Assembly (NCBI GenBank): GCA_947167135.1
Contig: CAMVGV010000010.1
Location: 2,237 to 66,236, forward strand
Origin: an uncultured Lachnospiraceae bacterium
GTDB taxonomy: Bacteria > Bacillota > Clostridia > Lachnospirales > Lachnospiraceae
Direction: 5' to 3'
Length of the DNA: 64,000 nucleotides
The notes under the pieces were generated by a model. It ran no database searches. It was not told the origin of the DNA and saw nothing but the letters and a program-made list of their open reading frames with translations. Both the position numbers and the translations under genes were made by a program. Below are positions 17,920 through 28,080 of the stretch, piece by piece (position 1 is the stretch's first letter; each line of letters starts with the position of its first letter).

Positions 17920-19299
17920 ATGTACAACGTAGATTTTTCCGATTCAAAATTACATTTCCATTTTATCGGCATAGGGGGCATCAGCATGAGCGGTATTGCT
18001 GAGCTCCTTTTGTCTGAAGGCTTTTCGGTCTCCGGTTCCGATATGACGGAAAGCGAACTTACGGATTACCTTACATCCCTTGGTGCCCGCATTTCCTTTC
18101 CCCAGTCGTCAGACAATATCACCGATGATATCAGCCTTATAGTCTATACTGCTGCGATACATGAGGACAATCCGGAGCTCTCGGAGGTCAGAAAGCGTCA
18201 GCTCCCCGCTCTTACCCGTGCGGAGTTTCTGGGACAGCTGATGAAACGCTACCGGATCAGTGCAGCAGTTTCCGGAACCCATGGAAAGACCACCACCACT
18301 TCCATGCTGTCCGAGATACTCTTAAGGGCAGACAAGGATCCGACTCTATCCATAGGAGGGATGCTGAAGAGCATAGGCGGCAATTTCCGTGTGGGAAAAA
18401 GGGACTTCTTTGTGACGGAGGCCTGCGAATACACCAACAGCTTCCTTTCCTTTGCCCCGACTCTGGGCATAATACTAAATGTTGATGAGGATCACCTTGA
18501 TTTCTTCAAGGATCTTTATGATATACAGCAGTCCTTCCGGAAATTCGCCCTGCTTCTGCCGGAAAACGGCTCCCTTATTATTAACAGTGAAACAAAGGGC
18601 TTTGATATTATTACCGACGGGCTGACATGCCGCGTAGTGACCTTCGGCCCCGACAGCTCCTCAGACTACTATCCTTCCGATATAAGCTATAATAAGCTGG
18701 CTTTCCCTTCCTTTACCCTGCACCACGGGGACAGGGTCCTGGGAAAGGTACAGCTCAGGGTTCCGGGAGAGCACAATGTCGGCAACGCCTGTGCGGCAGC
18801 GGCTGCTGCCGTGGAAATGGGGATAGATGAAGATAATATCATCCGTGCCCTCAATGAATTTGAGGGAACGGACCGCAGGTTCCAGCATAAGGGCAGCTTT
18901 AAGGGAGTGGAAGTCATTGATGATTATGCCCACCATCCCACCGAGATAAAGGCTTCCCTGACCGCTGCAAAAAAATGTGAGTATAACACGCTGTGGTGTG
19001 TTTTCCAACCCCATACCTATACCCGGACAAAGGCTCTTCTGCCGGAATTCGCTGAGGCTCTTTCACTGGCGGACAAGGTGGTTCTCGCGGATATCTATCC
19101 CGCCCGGGAAACCGACACTCTTGGGATAAGCTCCGAAACCCTGGCGGACGAAATCCGCGCCAGAGGTCATAACGCCTGCTATTTTGATTCCTTTGAAAAA
19201 ATTGAAAAATTTTTGCAAAAAAACTGTATCCACGGTGATTTGTTGATAACTATGGGTGCGGGAGACGTATATAAAATTGGAGATGCACTTTTAAAATAG
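17920..19299 (+). CDS. murC: UDP-N-acetylmuramate--L-alanine ligase
   Basis: HFIGIGGISMSGIAELL, the GTHGKTTTTSM P-loop and the DDYAHHPTEI motif. Confidence 0.93.
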   Translation: MYNVDFSDSKLHFHFIGIGGISMSGIAELLLSEGFSVSGSDMTESELTDYLTSLGARISFPQSSDNITDDISLIVYTAAIHEDNPELSEVRKRQLPALTRAEFLGQLMKRYRISAAVSGTHGKTTTTSMLSEILLRADKDPTLSIGGMLKSIGGNFRVGKRDFFVTEACEYTNSFLSFAPTLGIILNVDEDHLDFFKDLYDIQQSFRKFALLLPENGSLIINSETKGFDIITDGLTCRVVTFGPDSSSDYYPSDISYNKLAFPSFTLHHGDRVLGKVQLRVPGEHNVGNACAAAAAAVEMGIDEDNIIRALNEFEGTDRRFQHKGSFKGVEVIDDYAHHPTEIKASLTAAKKCEYNTLWCVFQPHTYTRTKALLPEFAEALSLADKVVLADIYPARETDTLGISSETLADEIRARGHNACYFDSFEKIEKFLQKNCIHGDLLITMGAGDVYKIGDALLK

Positions 19300-19336
19300 A
19301 ACATTTCCACCATATCCACCAAATCCACATCATCGC

Positions 19337-19364
19337 AAAAACCCCGATTTTATCGGGGTTTTCG
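19337..19364 (+). terminator. Rho-independent terminator after murC
   Basis: AAAACCCCGAT-TTT-ATCGGGGTTTT: a 7-bp GC-rich stem plus a T tract, 40 nt after the murC stop. Confidence 0.75.
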
Positions 19365-19377
19365 GCTCATCGGGGCA

Positions 19378-19406
19378 TTGAAATCAATTTACTGACCATG
19401 TATAAT
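19378..19406 (+). promoter_or_regulatory. SigA-type promoter for the dnaD-like operon
   Basis: TTGAAA (19378-19383), a 17-nt spacer, then TATAAT (19401-19406, preceded by TG). An 8-bp hairpin TTCAGGAT...ATCCTGAA follows in the leader. Confidence 0.6.
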
Positions 19407-19468
19407 CGTATCTGTTCAGGATCCGGAATATCCTGAAAAGAGTAATTACGATCCGGGAGATAGTTAAA

Positions 19469-20629
19469 TTGGAAGGCGAGAGCATTTCACTTTATGAAAG
19501 TGACAGCTGTGGTCACACAAAGGTGTCCAATCATTTTATAGATCATTTTATGACCAATGCCAATGAGGCCCAGATAAAGATCTATCTTTATCTTCTTCGT
19601 TCGGTTTCATCGGGGAAGGACGTGTCCCTGCCGATCATTGCAGACCGCTTCAACTATACGGAGCGTGACATAATCCGTGCGCTGATTTACTGGGATAAAC
19701 AAGGTCTTATTTCTCTAGACTATGATGAAAACAGGAACGTGAGGGGTATCTGCCTCAATGTGATAGAGAAACCGGTCATTCATGATTCCACTCTTTCCGT
19801 ATCCGGGATCCCGGCACAGAGCGAAGGAAACACCATACAGAAAAGCGCTCCTTCCGCTCACATCGCCGCTCCGGCAGGTGCTGAAGCTGCCGCCCACGTT
19901 GACACTCCGGCAGGCACTGAAGCTGCCGCCCACGTTGACGCTACGGCTACGGAACCTGCACGTCCGTTTTACCCTGCCGGACAGCTTCAGGATTTCAGGG
20001 AGAATCCCGAGGTCAGGGATCTTCTGTTTACGGCGGAGAAATATTTGAGACGGACCTTGAGCCACTCTGATCTCAATACCATTTTATATATGTATGACAA
20101 TCTCCGCTTCGATGCCGCTCTGATAGAGTACCTCATCGAATACTGCGTGAGCTCCGGACACAGAAATATACATTATATTGAAAGTGTGGCCAGAGACTGG
20201 GACGACAGGGGAATACGTTCTGTGGAGCAGGCAAAGTATGAGACCGGTGTGAACAGGAAGGAATATTATGAGGTTATGAAGGCCTTCGGACTGAGCGGAA
20301 GAAATCCCGTGAAGCCGGAGATGGATTTCATAAGGCGATGGCGGGACGAGTACGGTTTTTCGACCGAGCTTATCATAGAAGCCGCAAACCGTACTATGAG
20401 CACCATATCGAAGCCCAGCTTCCAATATGCCGATACAATCCTGAGAAACTGGAAGGAGCACCGGGTTTCAAAGCTATCCGACATAGCCGATGCCGACCGG
20501 GTCCACGAAGCCGAAAAGAAGGAAAAACCCCTTCGGGAAGAAACTGACGGAAGATCCACAAAGTTCCGGAATTTCCATGAGCGGGACATAGATTTTTCCG
20601 ATCTTGAAAAGAAATTCGCCAGGAATTGA
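19469..20629 (+). CDS. DnaD-domain replication initiation/primosome protein (Bacillus DnaB/DnaD-like)
   Basis: The C-terminal DnaB_2/DnaD-type repeat is recognisable (IEYLIEYCVSSGHRNIHYIESVARDWDDRGIRSVEQA; ...ELIIEAANRTMS...FQYADTILRNWKEHRV). TTG start with a GGGAGA SD. The gene is followed by a helicase-loader gene. Confidence 0.75.
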   Translation: MEGESISLYESDSCGHTKVSNHFIDHFMTNANEAQIKIYLYLLRSVSSGKDVSLPIIADRFNYTERDIIRALIYWDKQGLISLDYDENRNVRGICLNVIEKPVIHDSTLSVSGIPAQSEGNTIQKSAPSAHIAAPAGAEAAAHVDTPAGTEAAAHVDATATEPARPFYPAGQLQDFRENPEVRDLLFTAEKYLRRTLSHSDLNTILYMYDNLRFDAALIEYLIEYCVSSGHRNIHYIESVARDWDDRGIRSVEQAKYETGVNRKEYYEVMKAFGLSGRNPVKPEMDFIRRWRDEYGFSTELIIEAANRTMSTISKPSFQYADTILRNWKEHRVSKLSDIADADRVHEAEKKEKPLREETDGRSTKFRNFHERDIDFSDLEKKFARN

Positions 20630-20687
20630 ATGAAAGTACTGAGAAACAGCAGACTGTATAGACAGGAAGGAGCTGCACCGGCCGATA

Positions 20688-21644
20688 ATGTCAATGAACG
20701 ACGCCGACTTCCGCGGTATTATGGCGGAATATGATGAAATAAGAGATAAGAACTCAAGGCTCTTAAACGACAGAAAGAGGGAGATCTGCGAAAAGCTTCC
20801 GGAATACAAGGAGCTGGAGGATCGTGCTGCCATCGCCGCTATTTCCGCGGGGAAAAAAAGTCTGGAGGGCGACGGGTCTGCCCTGGCAAATCTTGAAAAT
20901 GAGCTGAAGGAAATTGCCGGAAAAAAGGAAGAGCTCCTTACGGCTGCCGGCTTTCCCCGGGATTACCTTATGCCGTTCTATGACTGTCCCGACTGCAAGG
21001 ATACCGGCTTCATAGGAAATGAAAGATGCCATTGCCTAAAGCAGCGTATCATCGATTCCCTGTACCGCCAGTCCCATCTTAAGGAAATACTTGAAAGAGA
21101 GAATTTTTCCACATCGGATCTGAGTATCTTTTCCCCCGGGATCCTGCCGGATATCCGGCAGGTTTATCTGGCTGCAAAGGATTTTGTAAAATCATTTGCC
21201 CAGTCTTCCCGCAATATGTTATTCTTAGGTGGCGTCGGAAGCGGAAAGACCTTCCTCACAAACTGTATCGCGAAAAAGCTTCTGGACGAAGGCTACAGCG
21301 TAGTATATTTTACGGCCTTTCGTCTTTTTGAACTTATCGCTGACAACACCTTCAGGAATACCGGGGCTGAGGACAGGGAAGACTTTTTTGCAAATATTTA
21401 TGACTCGGATCTGCTGATCATTGATGACCTTGGAACGGAAAATACCAATTCCTTTGTGGCGGGACAGCTTTTCAATATCCTGAATGAGCGGGAGATACGG
21501 GGGAAATCAACCATTATTTCCAGCAATCTGGCGCTAAAAAGCATTAAAGATCTTTATTCCGAGAGATCCCTGTCAAGGATAATAAGCAACTACGAACTTT
21601 ACTATTTCAGAGGCGAAGACCTTCGAATGAAGAAAAAGGGGTAA
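20688..21644 (+). CDS. DnaI/DnaC-like helicase loader ATPase
   Basis: Zn-ribbon-like CPDCKDTGF..ERCHC, Walker A GGVGSGKTF and Walker B LLIIDDLG. This is the IstB/DnaC AAA+ family. Confidence 0.8.
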   Translation: MSMNDADFRGIMAEYDEIRDKNSRLLNDRKREICEKLPEYKELEDRAAIAAISAGKKSLEGDGSALANLENELKEIAGKKEELLTAAGFPRDYLMPFYDCPDCKDTGFIGNERCHCLKQRIIDSLYRQSHLKEILERENFSTSDLSIFSPGILPDIRQVYLAAKDFVKSFAQSSRNMLFLGGVGSGKTFLTNCIAKKLLDEGYSVVYFTAFRLFELIADNTFRNTGAEDREDFFANIYDSDLLIIDDLGTENTNSFVAGQLFNILNEREIRGKSTIISSNLALKSIKDLYSERSLSRIISNYELYYFRGEDLRMKKKG

Positions 21645-21649
21645 ACTGT

Positions 21650-22834
21650 ATGGCAGTTCACGAGGGAAAAAGAAAACTTGAGAGCATACCCGTTGGAAAG
21701 CTTGGCGTCATACCTGTTGAGGGCTGCCGCGAGCTGGGTGACAAGGTCGATAAATATCTGGTTGACTGGCGCACCGAGCGGGAAAACGAGCACAAGGGCT
21801 CACTTGTTTTCCAGGGTTACCAGAGAGACTCCTATATCATTGACACCTCGATCTCACGTTTCGGAACCGGTGAAGCCAAGGGTACCATAAACGAATCCAT
21901 ACGCGGAATGGATCTCTTCCTTCTCTGTGATATCTGTAATTACAGCCTGACCTACTCCCTTTGCGGACATGATAACCATATGTCGCCTGACGATCATTTT
22001 CAGGATCTGAAGCGTGTGATCGCTGCCGTAGGCGGAAAGGCCAGGAGGCTCACGGTCATTATGCCCTTCCTGTATGAAGGACGCCAGCACAAGAGAAGCT
22101 CCCGGGAATCCCTGGACTGTGCTCTCGCCCTGCAGGAGCTTGTACGTATGGGCGTTGACAATATTATCACCTTTGATGCCCATGATGCCAGGGTCCAGAA
22201 TGCGATCCCTCTTCATGGCTTTGAGACCATACAGCCCGCATATCAGTTTATGAAGGGTCTGCTGTACCACATAAATGATCTTATGATCGATGCCGATCAT
22301 ATGATGGTCATAAGTCCCGATGAAGGCGGTATGAAAAGAGCTATCTATCTCGCCAACGTTCTGGGACTGGATATGGGAATGTTCTACAAACGGCGTGACT
22401 ACACCCGCGTGATCAACGGCAGGAATCCGATCGTGGCCCACGAGTTTCTGGGAACCAGCGTAGAAGGTAAGGATATGCTGGTGGTTGACGACATGATCTC
22501 TTCAGGAGACAGTGTACTTGATGTCGCAAAGCAGCTAAAGGAAAGAAAGGCCGGAAGGATATTCATAATGGCTACCTTCGGGCTCTTTACCTCCGGCTTG
22601 AAGAGCTTTGATGAAGCCTTTGAAAGCGGTCTGATTCACAGAGTACTCACCACAAACTGCATCTACCAGTCTCCCGAGCTGCTGGAAAGAGAGTGGTATA
22701 TTTCCTGCGATATGAGTAAATATATTGCCTTTATCATCGATACATTAAACCATGATTCTTCTATTAGCGATCTCTTGAATCCCAATACCAGGATACAGTC
22801 TCTGGTAGCAAGATACAGAAATGGAGAGGTCTGA
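21650..22834 (+). CDS. prs: Ribose-phosphate pyrophosphokinase (long form)
   Basis: Motifs DAHD, VVDDMISSGDSV (PRPP-binding loop) and VISPDEGGMKRA. Confidence 0.82.
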   Translation: MAVHEGKRKLESIPVGKLGVIPVEGCRELGDKVDKYLVDWRTERENEHKGSLVFQGYQRDSYIIDTSISRFGTGEAKGTINESIRGMDLFLLCDICNYSLTYSLCGHDNHMSPDDHFQDLKRVIAAVGGKARRLTVIMPFLYEGRQHKRSSRESLDCALALQELVRMGVDNIITFDAHDARVQNAIPLHGFETIQPAYQFMKGLLYHINDLMIDADHMMVISPDEGGMKRAIYLANVLGLDMGMFYKRRDYTRVINGRNPIVAHEFLGTSVEGKDMLVVDDMISSGDSVLDVAKQLKERKAGRIFIMATFGLFTSGLKSFDEAFESGLIHRVLTTNCIYQSPELLEREWYISCDMSKYIAFIIDTLNHDSSISDLLNPNTRIQSLVARYRNGEV

Positions 22835-22837
22835 CAA

Positions 22838-23422
22838 ATGGATAGATCCGGAAAAGGTATATTGTTTCTGACCCGGTCTGCTATGATCGCTGCGATCTAC
22901 GTGGTTTTAACGGTCTTTATTTCTGCTTTTAATCTGGCAAGCGGCGTGATCCAGATCCGTATATCCGAAGCGCTGACCATTCTTCCCGTATTTACAACTG
23001 CCGCCATTCCGGGGCTTTTCGCGGGCTGCCTTATCAGCAATCTGATAACGGGCTGTGCGCCCTTTGACGTGGTCTTCGGCAGCATAGCGACCCTTATCGG
23101 TGCCGTGGGAACCTATGCCCTGAGAAAGAAATCTCCTGCGATAGCGGCTCTTCCGCCTATCATTTCGAACACAGTGATAATACCCTTTGTGCTGAAATTC
23201 GTATACGATTTTCCGGGCAGCATCCCCTTCTTTATGCTGACGGTCGGAGCAGGCGAGGTTATCTCCTGCGGTATTCTCGGTGTTGCGCTTTATACCGCCC
23301 TTACCCCCGTGAAAAACCGGCTTTTCGGCAGCACCTCATTGGTGGACAGCACTTCGGATGAGAACATTTCCCGGGAGAGCAGCGGCGTCTCCGGCGACGG
23401 CAGCTCCTCAGACGACGTATGA
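22838..23422 (+). CDS. queT: QueT-family queuosine-precursor transporter (ECF S component)
   Basis: A polytopic protein of about 170 aa with IQIRISEALTILPVF, GCLISNL and DVVFGSIATLIGAVGTY, typical of QueT. It has an unusual acidic/Ser tail and starts 4 nt after prs. Confidence 0.7.
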   Translation: MDRSGKGILFLTRSAMIAAIYVVLTVFISAFNLASGVIQIRISEALTILPVFTTAAIPGLFAGCLISNLITGCAPFDVVFGSIATLIGAVGTYALRKKSPAIAALPPIISNTVIIPFVLKFVYDFPGSIPFFMLTVGAGEVISCGILGVALYTALTPVKNRLFGSTSLVDSTSDENISRESSGVSGDGSSSDDV

Positions 23423-25957
23423 CACAAATTCGTTTCCGTGGGAAGCGAACCATTCCGTACTGTCATTCATTCCCTTTTTGTAAATACTGCCTGTAGAGGG
23501 GTCGTAGATCACCGTATTCTTCGGGTCATATCCCACGATCATTACAATATTTCCGCCTTCTACCTCGGCAACGACCGGTCTTCCTATGCTCACATAATAG
23601 AGAACCGAACTTAAAGAGCAGCCTCCCAGTGTCAGGGCATCGGATCCGTCTATTTCCTCTTCTATAATGTCCACAAGACTGCCTTCCAGCCCTGCTATCT
23701 CTTCAGGCTCCGCGGTGACTCCCTCATGACTAAGTATTGCGGAAAGAACAGCCGTAAACTGCTCATCCTGACTTTCCGAAATGGGAGGATCAGTAATGTC
23801 ATTCAGATTTTTCTCCGCAGCTCTGTTTCCCTTCTGCCACAGGTATCTGCCTGTGGATTTGACCACAACACCTCCGCGCTCATCTGCCAGATTCACGGCT
23901 CTGACCTCGGACTCACAGATCCCGTCTATCCCTCCTCTGGAATAAACCATCAGCATTTTGCTGCTGTCTTCGTCATCCTTTATTTCCACGGTCCTGTCAC
24001 CCTCAAAGAGAACCTCCTTCGGGGATACCACATGAACTGAGGAGGTCCTGATATGACCCGCAAGGGATATCTCGGTTATGGTCTCCAGTTCCTCGGTAGC
24101 AACCGTAATGACCGCATTCCTGTCGCCGGTTCCCGGGTCATTATTCACGATCATATCGGGGTCAATACTCAGGAAATTGCCGCTTACCCCTTCCTCCATC
24201 GTGATCCGCGAAAGGCTTATCTCATCATTTTTCACCTCTACACCGGTAATATAGATCCCGTCCTTCGAATAGGTTTTTAGGAGCTCCCCGTCACTGCTTT
24301 CGATGTAGATCTTCTCCATTGAGTCCATGGAAACGCCTATCCGGCTCTCTATGGAATGCTCTCCCGTTGATGAGCCGTAGACCAGATCCTCTCCCAGGAA
24401 GCCAAGAGCCCTTATAGTCACACCGGGATCTCCCAGTATCTCCCGGATATTCCCGCTATTGAAATCGCAGACAAATATACCCGAATCATTCTTTGCCTGC
24501 CAGGCCGCTGTCCTTCCGCTCTTTGAAACCACAAAGGAATCGAAGTATATATTTCCGGCCATAATGGAATCCTTCTTCTCATCCAGACGGATGTCCAGAA
24601 GCCTGCCCCCCAGATACAGGTACAGCTTATTTCCGTCAGGCGAATAGGAGAATTTCTCTATTTCATATTTCAGGAACTGGTATGAACGCTTATAAGGGAT
24701 ATAAACCTCCTCCTCTATCTGGTTTAACGCACTGTTAAAGTAATAGGCCGACACCCCGGTTTCTCCCTCATGCCGCCCCCTGTTCATATATCCGTATATC
24801 AGGAAGGAAATATTACCCGCCTCGTCCACCTGCAGTATTTTTACTCCATGATCACTATTCCGGTTTCTTTCGTCATCGTCCCCCTTATCAAAAAACGAAA
24901 AAACCCGTATCACCTTTGAATCCGAATTTCTGTATGCATAGAGGGAGCCGTTCTGCACAAAGGCGACCACTCCTCCGTCCTCATTCTCTTCCATGACAAT
25001 ATCCGGATCCGAAATGCCCAGTACTATCTTGTCGCTTATAAAAACATCCTCGGAGTCGGGATCAAAAACCTCTTCCATGGTACGCTCGTAATTTAAGAGA
25101 TATATGCGCTTCTCCGTATAACGCACCCTGAAATACTCACTAACATCATAGAATACCGCATCATCCCCGTCCCCTCTTTTCAATAAGAAGCTGTTTTTAA
25201 GAGATGCGGTAGAATCATCCATTTCAAGTATATCCGTGCGGACCGTCTCCGGCTTTTCCGGAGCCAGATTCCCGTATGTTATCTGATCAAAGCTTGAATG
25301 GATGTTCACAAACTGATATGTGGAATTATCTCCGCTGGAATCACTCTCCAGATATGTGGTAAGGCTTCTCGCTGCAGTCTTGTCAAAGGTTCTGTCCGTG
25401 AAATCCCGGACAAAATCCAGTATCTCCTTTTCATGGAGCTCCGTATCGTGGATGATCCTCGTATAATAATAGATTTTCTGTCCCTGCTCATTTGTGAGCC
25501 TTACGGCAAGGATATACTCCTTTCCGTCGTTTATCAGATCCTTTATATTGAGTCTGGCGCTTATCCCGTCCTCATCCTCAATATAATCGAGTATCTCCGT
25601 ATCTTCGATAAGCCTCTCCGCATCAAGGGATCTGACTTCATATGCTACTTCCTTCAAACGGTTGCCGTATTTACTGATATATATTTCAAGGCTTCTTCCT
25701 TCATTTAAGGGAGTCAGGGTGTCGCGCATCATATTCGGCTCCACAGTACTCCTGATCCCGTACATCCGGTTGATCTCCCGGTCTCCGTCAACCACCGAGA
25801 CCACCGGAAGGCTGGCCTCCCCCATTTCCACGGTCATATCCGTCGTTCCGCGGTTCATTATTGAGCTTATGATAAACAGTGATATCAGAAAAGATGTAAT
25901 GAATATCGCTGCCTTGATTATTATCTCCTTCATATCATACTGAGTATAAATCAGCAA
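23408..25957 (-). CDS. Membrane-anchored extracytoplasmic protein of unknown function (possible beta-propeller plus C-terminal papain-like fold)
   Basis: An N-terminal TM (IIIKAAIFITSFLISLFIISSIM) and a long beta-rich region. The C-terminal part (GGCSLSSVLYYVSIGRPVV...IVMIVGYD) vaguely resembles C39-like/transglutaminase-like folds, but I cannot identify a catalytic His. The start (TTG 25957 or ATG 25933) is uncertain. Confidence 0.5.
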   Translation of the reverse strand: MLIYTQYDMKEIIIKAAIFITSFLISLFIISSIMNRGTTDMTVEMGEASLPVVSVVDGDREINRMYGIRSTVEPNMMRDTLTPLNEGRSLEIYISKYGNRLKEVAYEVRSLDAERLIEDTEILDYIEDEDGISARLNIKDLINDGKEYILAVRLTNEQGQKIYYYTRIIHDTELHEKEILDFVRDFTDRTFDKTAARSLTTYLESDSSGDNSTYQFVNIHSSFDQITYGNLAPEKPETVRTDILEMDDSTASLKNSFLLKRGDGDDAVFYDVSEYFRVRYTEKRIYLLNYERTMEEVFDPDSEDVFISDKIVLGISDPDIVMEENEDGGVVAFVQNGSLYAYRNSDSKVIRVFSFFDKGDDDERNRNSDHGVKILQVDEAGNISFLIYGYMNRGRHEGETGVSAYYFNSALNQIEEEVYIPYKRSYQFLKYEIEKFSYSPDGNKLYLYLGGRLLDIRLDEKKDSIMAGNIYFDSFVVSKSGRTAAWQAKNDSGIFVCDFNSGNIREILGDPGVTIRALGFLGEDLVYGSSTGEHSIESRIGVSMDSMEKIYIESSDGELLKTYSKDGIYITGVEVKNDEISLSRITMEEGVSGNFLSIDPDMIVNNDPGTGDRNAVITVATEELETITEISLAGHIRTSSVHVVSPKEVLFEGDRTVEIKDDEDSSKMLMVYSRGGIDGICESEVRAVNLADERGGVVVKSTGRYLWQKGNRAAEKNLNDITDPPISESQDEQFTAVLSAILSHEGVTAEPEEIAGLEGSLVDIIEEEIDGSDALTLGGCSLSSVLYYVSIGRPVVAEVEGGNIVMIVGYDPKNTVIYDPSTGSIYKKGMNDSTEWFASHGNEFVSYVV

Positions 25958-25977
25958 ATAAAACTTCTCAACTGTCG

Positions 25978-26006
25978 TTGACTAAAAATTTCCCTTAGGA
26001 TACAAT
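25978..26006 (+). promoter_or_regulatory. SigA-type promoter of the atp operon
   Basis: TTGACT (25978-25983), a 17-nt spacer, then TACAAT (26001-26006). Confidence 0.65.
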
Positions 26007-26023
26007 AGGAAAAGTGGTTTTGT

Positions 26024-26332
26024 TTGGTGGAGGTAGGTCTTACGGATAACGGAAAAATCAACGGACGATTACGGATATTCGGTAATCTCGCCCTCATCGG
26101 GCAGTTCGGTCTTTCGCTTATGATGCCTGTTATCCTTTGTGTCCTGGGGTGTTATCTTCTGGTTTCCCACAATATCACAGGTGCTTGGGTCTTTATCCCC
26201 GGATTTATTCTGGGGCTCGGTGCTTCCTTTATGACTGCGTACAAGTTCTATCTCTATGTCAGTAAGACCGAAGGAAAGCAGGGCGACAAAAAGATCCGCA
26301 GAAAAGGCGTTTATTTTAACCGCCATATCTAA
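26024..26332 (+). CDS. AtpZ/AtpI-family small membrane protein (ATP synthase gene 1)
   Basis: Two TM helices (LALIGQFGLSLMMPVILCVLGCYLL; WVFIPGFILGLGASFMTAYKF). It is the first gene of the atp operon. The TTG start is uncertain. Confidence 0.6.
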   Translation: MVEVGLTDNGKINGRLRIFGNLALIGQFGLSLMMPVILCVLGCYLLVSHNITGAWVFIPGFILGLGASFMTAYKFYLYVSKTEGKQGDKKIRRKGVYFNRHI

Positions 26333-26345
26333 AGAGGTTAAACAT

Positions 26346-26768
26346 ATGAAATTACAGGAAGCAGTCAAAAAGGAGACACTGTTTATCTCCTGCGGCTGCG
26401 TGATTGCCACAGTTATTTGTCTGCTTCTGTTTTTTATACTGAACAGATTTTTTCCGGAACAGATACCCTTCGGATTGAAGGTGATCATAAGCGGAGTCAT
26501 CGGCTGCGCCGTAGCTGTCCTGAATTTTTTCTGGATGGCAGTGACGGTGCAGAAGGTAACCTCCATTGAAGATGAAGGCCGTGCAAGAAGTGTCATGGCG
26601 CTCAGCTACAGGAACCGGATGCTCCTTCAGCTTCTCTGGGTGGTCTTAAGCTTCGCACTTCCCGTATTTAACGGGGCAATGGGGATCATCCCGCTTTTCG
26701 TACCCAGTATTCTCATCAAATGCCGGGGCATATTCCAGAAAAGAAAGGAAGGCATGGAAACCAAATGA
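26346..26768 (+). CDS. atpI: ATP synthase subunit I
   Basis: A four-TM protein of about 140 aa directly before atpB. The start MKLQEAVKK at 26346 has an AGAGG SD. Its stop overlaps the atpB start (ATGA). Confidence 0.65.
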   Translation: MKLQEAVKKETLFISCGCVIATVICLLLFFILNRFFPEQIPFGLKVIISGVIGCAVAVLNFFWMAVTVQKVTSIEDEGRARSVMALSYRNRMLLQLLWVVLSFALPVFNGAMGIIPLFVPSILIKCRGIFQKRKEGMETK

Positions 26769-27514
26769 ATGTTGAGATCAACGGTGCAAAAATATTTGCC
26801 CGTATACCCACGGGAATTCCCGTTCTCGGCGACTTTACCATCAATGAAACCCTTGTGGTGAGCTGGATCGTTATGATCATTATCACAGGCCTCTGTATTT
26901 TCCTTACCAGAAATATGAAGGTTGAGGGAATCTCCAAAAAGCAGGCCATCGCGGAGATGCTGGTGGAAACTGCCAATAACTTTATCCGTAACAATACGGG
27001 CACCAACAAATTCGATAAGCTCATCCCCTTTGTGGCTGCCCTGTTTACCACCAGCGTTATTTCTAACCTGATAAGCCTTGTCGGGCTCCGCAGTCCTACG
27101 GCGGATCTTTCAACAGAAGCTGCCTGGGCTGTTGTGGTCTTCATAATGATCACCAGCGCAAAGATAAAGGCCGGCGGCGTTCTCGGATATATGAAAGGCT
27201 TTACCGAGCCCATACCGGTGATGACTCCCTTCAATATCCTTTCGGAGCTCGCCACTCCCGTAAGTATGGCCTGCCGTCATTTCGGCAACATCCTTTCCGG
27301 TATCGTTATTAACGGTCTTATTTATGCGAGCCTTGCAGTGGCGACTTCCGCAATACTGATAAACGTGAATGCCACTCTGGCGGCCATCCCCTTCCTGGAT
27401 GTGGGTATTCCCGCCATACTGTCGATCTATTTCGACTGGTTCACGGGAGTTATGCAGGCGTTTATCTTCTCGATGCTGACGATCATGTACATCGCGAATG
27501 CCGCTGAGGGGTAA
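26765..27514 (+). CDS. atpB: F0F1 ATP synthase subunit a
   Basis: Polytopic, with the conserved Arg region ...PVSMACRHFGNILSG.... The start MNVEINGAK is preferred over the upstream track start. Confidence 0.9.
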   Translation: MNVEINGAKIFARIPTGIPVLGDFTINETLVVSWIVMIIITGLCIFLTRNMKVEGISKKQAIAEMLVETANNFIRNNTGTNKFDKLIPFVAALFTTSVISNLISLVGLRSPTADLSTEAAWAVVVFIMITSAKIKAGGVLGYMKGFTEPIPVMTPFNILSELATPVSMACRHFGNILSGIVINGLIYASLAVATSAILINVNATLAAIPFLDVGIPAILSIYFDWFTGVMQAFIFSMLTIMYIANAAEG

Positions 27515-27516
27515 AA

Positions 27517-27735
27517 AGATCCTTCGGGCTACGCCCTCAGGATGACAAATGAAGGCTGACGCCATCAGGATGTCAAAAGAAGGCTGACGCCCTCAGGATG
27601 ACAACAGTGTCATTCTGAGCGAAGCGAAGAATCTTACATAGGATGTCCGCAGTGTCATTCTGAGCGGCGCTGCGTGCCAGTGGCACGCGTTTAGCGCGGA
27701 CCGAGTCGGAAGACGAGACACGAAGAATCTTACAT
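27517..27735. repeat. Composite REP/BIME-like array inside the atp operon (atpB-atpE spacer)
   Basis: GATCCTTCGGGCTACGCCCTCAGGATGACAA, two further ..CTGACGCC.TCAGGATG units and two GTCATTCTGAGCG units. It also holds the 53-nt GCGTGCCAGTGGCACGC module in inverse orientation to the copy at 3179-3235. Confidence 0.88.
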
Positions 27736-27746
27736 AATGAAAATAA

Positions 27747-28061
<315 letters not shown>

Positions 28062-28080
28062 GGAAAGAAAGTGAGAATCT

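Noticed and set aside
22835-22837. preQ1 riboswitch expected upstream of queT
   Set aside because: queT starts 4 nt after the prs stop, so there is no room for a leader. It appears to be co-transcribed with prs.
23408-23800. C-terminal domain of the 849-aa protein as the C39 peptidase partner of the GG-leader peptide
   Set aside because: Only a vague GGCS...VGYD resemblance exists. I cannot locate a catalytic His/Asp, there is no ABC transporter domain, and the gene is 10 kb away. The evidence is too weak to link them.
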